32,000 nt of DNA from Psychrobacter sp. HD31 (GTDB lineage: Bacteria; Pseudomonadota; Gammaproteobacteria; Pseudomonadales; Moraxellaceae). Position 1 is the first letter of the stretch; each line of letters begins with the position of its first letter. The stretch covers positions 2,070,001 through 2,102,000 of the forward strand of contig NZ_CP142525.1 of assembly GCF_051097895.1 (NCBI RefSeq), given 5' to 3'. Below the pieces are notes generated by a model. It worked only from the letters and a program-made list of their open reading frames with translations, was not told where the DNA came from and ran no database searches. A program made the position numbers and the translations under genes. Shown here piece after piece: positions 27,203-32,000 of this stretch.

Positions 27203-27338
27203 AAAAAATGCCAGTGGTTTATGGATGTGTAAGTTTGTTATTTCAGGTTGTTAACTTTTTGACATACATTTAGTGTAATAATTTAGTAACATATTATTAC
27301 ACTAGTTACATGCTTGTAATAAGGAAAAATATTTTTGT

Positions 27339-27368
27339 ATTCTAATTGATAATAATTATCGAAGTCAA
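27339..27368 (-). promoter_or_regulatory. Fur-box-containing sigma70 promoter for receptor 25070..27202
   Basis: Minus-strand TTGACT (27368..27363), an 18-nt spacer, then TAGAAT (27344..27339). The spacer holds ctaattgataataattatc (27342-27360), which matches the Fur consensus at 14/19 and at 13 of the last 14 positions. Confidence 0.6.
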
Positions 27369-27612
27369 TATTATTTTTATAACTAAAAAGACACTTATTT
27401 ATTTTGATATATTTAACTTATATCTTTAAGATGCTTATCTTAATTTTGATTAGGTTCCCATAAATGATGGTTAAATCTAAAAACTGAGTGTTTTAGTCAT
27501 AAGTAGCTTGAAAAGGTAAAACAGATAACAAATGGACAAATTAACTGTTGTTACTAAGTGATACCATAAAAAAGTAAGGGATAATGACGTTACATTTATT
27601 AAATTATTAGTT

Positions 27613-27631
27613 GATAATGATTACTATTTTT
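27613..27631 (+). promoter_or_regulatory. Fur box upstream of tonB
   Basis: gataatgattactattttt matches the Fur consensus at 14/19, with the first 9 positions perfect. It lies about 50 nt upstream of the tonB ORF. Confidence 0.55.
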
Positions 27632-27678
27632 AATAAAATATCGGTTTTTACCGACTTCATAAAGATTGCCAACAAAAA

Positions 27679-28596
27679 ATGTACGTACAAAATTTATCTG
27701 CCATGACAAACAAACAAAAGCTCACTACCATGGCAATGCTAACCACGGTGAGTGTTTTTATTTTGCATGGCATAACTGGGTGGTCGTTGTTTAATATGCA
27801 ATCGACATTACTTAAGCCTATTGAACCTAAACAAAACAATGCCATTGAAATGACACTGTTAAATTTGGTTGAAAGTGTCGAGCCATTAAAACCTGAAATA
27901 AAACCAACTCAAAAAGCGGTAGCTAAAGTTGCGCCATCTAAACCTGTAAAACAAAATATAGAAAAATCTAAGCCGATTGTTAGACATAAAGAGACTCCTA
28001 AACCAGTGGTTAAAAAAATGCAGCCACCTGTTAAAAACCCAATTACGCACACAAAAGATAAAGTGATTGTTAGCAAAAATACGGTTGCAGATGTGCCTAA
28101 CCAATGGGAAATTGAACAACAACGTATTGCTGATGCAAAGGCTAAGGCAGACGCAAAAGCAAGAGCAGACGCAAAAGCAAGAGCAGACGCAAAAGCAAGA
28201 GCAGACGCAAAAGCAAGAGCAGACGCAAAAGCAAGAGCAGACGCACAGGCACAAGAGGCAAGTGCTCAGGCAACAAAAGATCAAGCGGGTAAAGGTGGTA
28301 AAACAACCAATCTAACACTTTCAGCGAGTGATGCCTCGTGGCGTAAAAGGCCAAAATTTAATGCAAAAGCTACCAAAGCAAAAAGTGGTGAAAGAATTAC
28401 AGTTAAATTTCAGTTTACGGTTGATAAACAGGGCAACATCAATAATGTTAAGCTAATCACGCCTTCTAAATATCGCCAAATTAACCGAGACTTAACTAAA
28501 CAAGCGAGACGAGGCAAGTTTCACCCATTTAAAAACAAAGCGGGTGTCCCTGTATCAGGTAAAGTAATTTTACCAATTACGATTACGGTTCCTTAA
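27679..28596 (+). CDS. tonB: Energy transducer TonB
   Basis: N-terminal TM with His (VFILHGITGW), a K/P-rich spacer (KPEIKPTQK...ETPKPVVKKMQPPVKNP), an (ADAKAR)n repeat, and a C-terminal TonB domain (ITVKFQFTVDKQGNINNVKLI...GKVILPITI). The start is uncertain: Met1, Met9, Met18 and Met20 all lack a strong RBS. Confidence 0.85.
   Translation: MYVQNLSAMTNKQKLTTMAMLTTVSVFILHGITGWSLFNMQSTLLKPIEPKQNNAIEMTLLNLVESVEPLKPEIKPTQKAVAKVAPSKPVKQNIEKSKPIVRHKETPKPVVKKMQPPVKNPITHTKDKVIVSKNTVADVPNQWEIEQQRIADAKAKADAKARADAKARADAKARADAKARADAKARADAQAQEASAQATKDQAGKGGKTTNLTLSASDASWRKRPKFNAKATKAKSGERITVKFQFTVDKQGNINNVKLITPSKYRQINRDLTKQARRGKFHPFKNKAGVPVSGKVILPITITVP
28129..28254 (+). repeat. 18-bp tandem repeat inside tonB (5 perfect copies of gcagacgcaaaagcaaga plus degenerate flanking copies)
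   Basis: Perfect units lie at 28147, 28165, 28183, 28201 and 28219. The flanking units 28129-28146 and 28237-28254 are diverged. The repeat is in frame and encodes ADAKAR hexapeptides. Confidence 0.95.
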
Positions 28597-28721
28597 GTTA
28601 GTCGTTACCGAGTTATCAACAACCGTTTTTATAAATATAAAAATTGTAAATAAATTAAAAACCAGTCAAAATTTAATCGCATTTAGCATTACCATTGTTT
28701 TAAGTTTTAATGAGGAATCTT

Positions 28722-29285
28722 ATGAATATAGCAGAATATTGGCAGTACACCGACATCGTAACTAAGATGTTGTTTTTTATTTTAATCATGCTTTCCATTG
28801 CCTCGTGGATTACCGGCATTATGAGAATTTATAGCAGTTTTCAGCTTAAAAAAAGCTCAGCACAGCAACTGCAACTTGCGGTTAATGATAAGGCTACTAA
28901 GCTATCGACATCTGCTCCACAACAAAGAAAAATGGCAGTTGAGCAAATTTTATTGCAACAAATTGCACGTATCCGCCATAGCAGTGAAAAGGGCTTGCCC
29001 GTATTAGGGACAACCGCAGCCATTGCACCTTTTGTAGGGCTGTTTGGTACGGTTTGGGGGATTTTTCATGCATTGCATAGCATTGGTGAAAGTGGGCAGG
29101 CAGGTTTAGCGCAAGTGGCGGGTCCTGTTGGTGAGGCATTGATTATGACAGGGCTTGGTTTGGCTGTGGCGATACCAGCCGTGGTGTTTTATAACATTGC
29201 TACTCGTTTAAACCGTAATACCATGCATCAAGCTAATGATATTGCACATGAGTTATTAGCAGATGCGGTATTGTCAGCAGAATAA
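28722..29285 (+). CDS. exbB: TonB-system proton channel ExbB (MotA/TolQ/ExbB family)
   Basis: AAIAPFVGLFGTVWGI and GPVGEALIMTGLGLAVAIPAVVFYN motifs. ATG 28722 is preferred (GAGGA 5 nt upstream). The track ORF starts 12 nt earlier, at 28710. Confidence 0.88.
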   Translation: MNIAEYWQYTDIVTKMLFFILIMLSIASWITGIMRIYSSFQLKKSSAQQLQLAVNDKATKLSTSAPQQRKMAVEQILLQQIARIRHSSEKGLPVLGTTAAIAPFVGLFGTVWGIFHALHSIGESGQAGLAQVAGPVGEALIMTGLGLAVAIPAVVFYNIATRLNRNTMHQANDIAHELLADAVLSAE

Positions 29286-29320
29286 AAAATTATAAAAATA
29301 TAGATAGTAAGGATTGAAAA

Positions 29321-29722
29321 ATGGCATTTCAATTGGGTGAAGAAGACTCTCAAGGTTTAAATGAAATTAACCTTATTCCATTAATTGATATCATGCTGGT
29401 GCTGATGATTATTTTTTTGGTAACGGCAACCGTGCTTAACCCTGCCGTACCGCTTGATTTGCCAAAAACAAGTGCCAATGTTAATGAGTTACCACCTGAA
29501 AATATTCAGGTAAGTATTGATAAAGAAGCTGGCATATTTTGGGATAAAGAGGCGGTTAGCTTAGAGGAGCTCCATATGCGATTTAGCCAAGCCAAAGCTG
29601 CTGGAAAAAACCCATCTATCCAGTTAAGAGCCGATAAAGATGCAAGGTATGATAGCGTTGCTCAAGTATTGGCTGTGGCGAGTGAAACGGGGCTATCTAA
29701 AATTGCTTTTGTAAACGAGTAG
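29321..29722 (+). CDS. exbD: Biopolymer transport protein ExbD
   Basis: 133 aa. INLIPLIDIMLVLMIIFLV TM segment and the periplasmic ExbD/TolR fold pattern (IQLRADKDARYDSVAQVL). Confidence 0.88.
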   Translation: MAFQLGEEDSQGLNEINLIPLIDIMLVLMIIFLVTATVLNPAVPLDLPKTSANVNELPPENIQVSIDKEAGIFWDKEAVSLEELHMRFSQAKAAGKNPSIQLRADKDARYDSVAQVLAVASETGLSKIAFVNE

Positions 29723-29781
29723 TGTCACTAAATATTTTTAGGGTGCTTTATTTATCAAGTGATAATAACAACTTATCTATG

Positions 29782-32000
29782 GTGATAAGCCATCTACACG
29801 ATGGTAATTTGCGATGTAGGCAGATGTTTAGAGATGTATCTGTATTAAGCTGACCTATGCGGAGGGTAGCTAGAAAATGGGAGCGAAGGCTCCCTTTTTT
29901 ATTCTTAAGCCACCTGTGCGGTGGTGAACCGGATACGTCATAGCCATGCTGTCTTGCCGTTTTTCTAAGCCACCTGTGCGGTGGTGAACTAAATAGTACC
30001 TGTACCTATTGCAAAAATCAATTTCTAAGCCACCTATGCGGTGGTTAACTTGTCTGCTGCTGTAACGCCTTTAACCATTGCTTTCTAAGCCACCTGTGCG
30101 GTGGTGAACGTGAAATTTACACACAAAAAAACGCCAATTAATTTCTAAGCCACCTGTGCGGTGGTGAACAAACAATTATCCTAAACTGCTTCTCGTGCTT
30201 GTTTCTAAGCCACCTGTGCGGTGGTGAACACGGCTATAATTCAGCCCATATTCATGCTAGTTTTCTAAGCCACCTGTGCGGTGGTGAACAAAAATAAACT
30301 TTTTGTTTGTTTTTAGACAGTTTTTCTAAGCCACCTATGCGGTGGTGAACGAGCCGCTTGAGTTGCTGGCGTTACAGTTTGCTTTCTAAGCCACCTATGC
30401 GGTGGTGAACCTGTATTTGTCTTGCAACTGCTTGTAAGCTTTGTTTCTAAGCCACCTATGCGGTGGTGAACTCACCGAATTTTGGCTTAACAGGTTCGTT
30501 ATTTTTCTAAGCCACCTATGCGGTGGTGAACGCTATCTTCACGGTCTGAGGTTGCCATTTGATTTTCTAAGCCACCTATGCGGTGGTGAACCCATATTTG
30601 CTTGCGATGCTCATCACTTTGTTTTTCTAAGCCACCTATGCGGTGGTGAACCAGTGTCGCCAGCATCTCGGCAATCTCTTCGATTTCTAAGCCACCTATG
30701 CGGTGGTGAACGTACAATAGAACCCATTGCATACTAAGGCATATTTCTAAGCCACCTATGCGGTGGTGAACACTAACAGGCTTGAAAGTTGAGTCTTTAG
30801 ATTTTTCTAAGCCACCTATGCGGTGGTGAACGTTTATTTTAGGTTATGTTAAATTATGTGAGATTTCTAAGCCACCTATGCGGTGGTGAACGAGTTGCAT
30901 TACAAGAAGCAGGTTATGAATTTTTTCTAAGCCACCTATGCGGTGGTGAACTTAAAGGTAGAAGTTTTAAAAAGCACCTACGTTTTCTAAGCCACCTATG
31001 CGGTGGTGAACTTCCTTTTTCTGTGTACTTGCTTGATGTGTTGTTTCTAAGCCACCTATGCGGTGGTGAACTGGTACTGATTACGAATATCGTCACGTTC
31101 ACTTTTCTAAGCCACCTATGCGGTGGTGAACGGGCGGTGCTGCCGCTACTTATGCAGGGGTAATTTCTAAGCCACCTATGCGGTGGTGAACAGTTGCACT
31201 CTGTATTGTTGTATTGCCATATTTTTCTAAGCCACCTATGCGGTGGTGAACCGCAAAGCGCAGCCGGCAGGGTGTTTACTAAATTTCTAAGCCACCTATG
31301 CGGTGGTGAACTGCAACTTAGTTAAAAAGCCATCTGATGGTAATTTCTAAGCCACCTATGCGGTGGTGAACGCTTTAATCGCTCAGCGATTTTGTCAGCT
31401 TCATTTCTAAGCCACCTATGCGGTGGTGAACGAATTATGGACGCAATGGCGCAGCGTCTTGGTTTTCTAAGCCACCTATGCGGTGGTGAACTGTGTGATT
31501 TTAACCAGATATCGAACTCCACATTTCTAAGCCACCTATGCGGTGGTGAACGAGGATTGTGTCTACATTGCGGAATAAACACATTTCTAAGCCACCTATG
31601 CGGTGGTGAACAAAATCCTCTAACGCTTGCTTAATGACAGACTTTTCTAAGCCACCTATGCGGTGGTGAACATACCGTTGGATTGTAAGGCTTCGGAGGT
31701 TCTTTTCTAAGCCACCTATGCGGTGGTGAACTTCTCCAATATTGATAGTCCAGTGCTGGTCATTTTCTAAGCCACCTATGCGGTGGTGAACTACGCCTTA
31801 ACAGGCAAAGAATTAACGATAGGTTTCTAAGCCACCTATGCGGTGGTGAACCACTCAATCACGACATGAAACAATCGTTACTATTTCTAAGCCACCTATG
31901 CGGTGGTGAACGAGAAGACACTATCCACAGGAAGAATTCATCATTTCTAAGCCACCTATGCGGTGGTGAACTTTCTATTTCTCTCGCTTTCTCGAAATAT
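29782..32000 (-). CRISPR. Type I-F CRISPR array: 35 intact plus 2 degenerate 28-bp repeats and 34 complete spacers, truncated by the right window edge
   Basis: The plus-strand unit tttctaagccacctatgcggtggtgaac has reverse complement GTTCACCACCGCATAGGTGGCTTAGAAA. This shares the layout of the P. aeruginosa I-F repeat GTTCACTGCCGTATAGGCAGCTAAGAAA: 5-nt flank, 5-bp stem, 5-nt loop, 5-bp stem, 8-nt handle. Intact repeats start at 29902, 29962, 30022, 30082, 30142, 30202, 30262, 30323, 30383 and 30444, then every 60 bp from 30504 to 31944. Spacers are 32 nt, apart from two of 33 nt. Degenerate repeats lie at 29782-29809 and 29842-29870. Confidence 0.97.
29879..29900. terminator. GC-rich hairpin plus T6 located inside the decayed CRISPR trailer
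   Basis: gggagc-gaag-gctccc followed by tttttt on the plus strand. On the minus strand the same stem is followed by attttct. Confidence 0.6.

Noticed and set aside
27886-28354. ORFs 27886..28284 (-), 28067..28315 (+) and 28142..28354 (-) with CVCSCF, QKQEQT or LLLLRL periodicity.
   Set aside because: They are alternative-frame or antisense readings of the 18-bp tandem repeat inside tonB. The tonB frame has the recognisable N-terminal TM and C-terminal TonB domain.
28710-29722. The possibility that the MotA/ExbB-like and ExbD-like genes next to a CRISPR array form a Zorya-type (ZorAB) defence module.
   Set aside because: ExbB here is only ~190 aa, whereas ZorA is several-fold larger with a long tail. 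The genes follow a bona fide tonB behind a Fur box and are surrounded by TonB-dependent receptors. This is an ordinary iron-uptake energising complex.
29761-29777. Fur-like palindrome gataataacaacttatc between exbD and the CRISPR trailer.
   Set aside because: It has GATAA/TTATC ends but the centre is 2 nt short of the 19-bp consensus. It lies downstream of both convergent units with nothing to regulate, so it is likely chance in AT-rich DNA.
31312-31343. Spacer tgcaacttagttaaaaagccatctgatggtaa resembles the degenerate trailer repeat (aagccatct....gatggtaattt at 29787-29810).
   Set aside because: The match needs a 4-nt gap, and part of it comes from the adjoining repeat. The spacer's ccatc/gatgg arms leave a 1-nt loop that cannot fold. 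I treat it as coincidence unless a search finds a protospacer in another CRISPR locus.
30441-31634. Six track ORFs (30441..30737 +, 30499..30732 -, 30846..31163 +, 30914..31102 -, 31322..31582 -, 31392..31634 +) with periodic FLSHLCGGE or SPPHRWLRN motifs.
   Set aside because: They are read-through translations of the 28-bp CRISPR repeat every 60 bp (20 codons). They are not genes.
29930-31943. A check for self-targeting spacers against the rest of this window.
   Set aside because: I saw no spacer matching elsewhere in the 32 kb by eye. This is not exhaustive and needs a computed search of the full genome.

Overview
This window is from an AT-rich gammaproteobacterial chromosome. Gene content, the tonB-exbB-exbD order and the I-F repeat suggest Moraxellaceae, but that is inference only. 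It has three parts. (1) Positions 1-11150 are ordinary housekeeping genes: partial ygfZ-like, yjdM/phnA, ppk2, hemL, a small membrane protein, a DUF368 polyprenyl-phosphate transporter-like protein, serB, a divergent YtjB/AhpA-like membrane protein with a long acidic tail, a tiny acidic protein, a UPF0149 protein and deaD. Most are separated by clear rho-independent terminators. (2) Positions 11190-29720 form a dense iron-acquisition region. It holds a heme locus (hmuVUTS on the minus strand, divergent heme receptor), three TonB-dependent receptors sharing a nearly identical signal peptide (two are 710-aa tandem paralogues), a small-membrane / PepSY-TM / DUF3325-like module, and tonB-exbB-exbD. 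Fur-box-like operators sit in four of the promoter regions. (3) From 29782 to the window edge lies a type I-F CRISPR array with 35 intact and 2 degenerate 28-bp repeats. It reads on the minus strand, so its decayed trailer abuts exbD, and the leader and any cas genes should lie beyond 32000. I saw no cas genes, transposases, integrases, tRNAs or rRNAs. I do not see a convincing wholly novel multi-gene system. The best second-look candidates are the receptor/PepSY cluster of unknown substrate, the structured trailer of the CRISPR array, and the 18-bp tandem repeat in tonB. All homology calls come from reading the translations by eye; no database search was possible.
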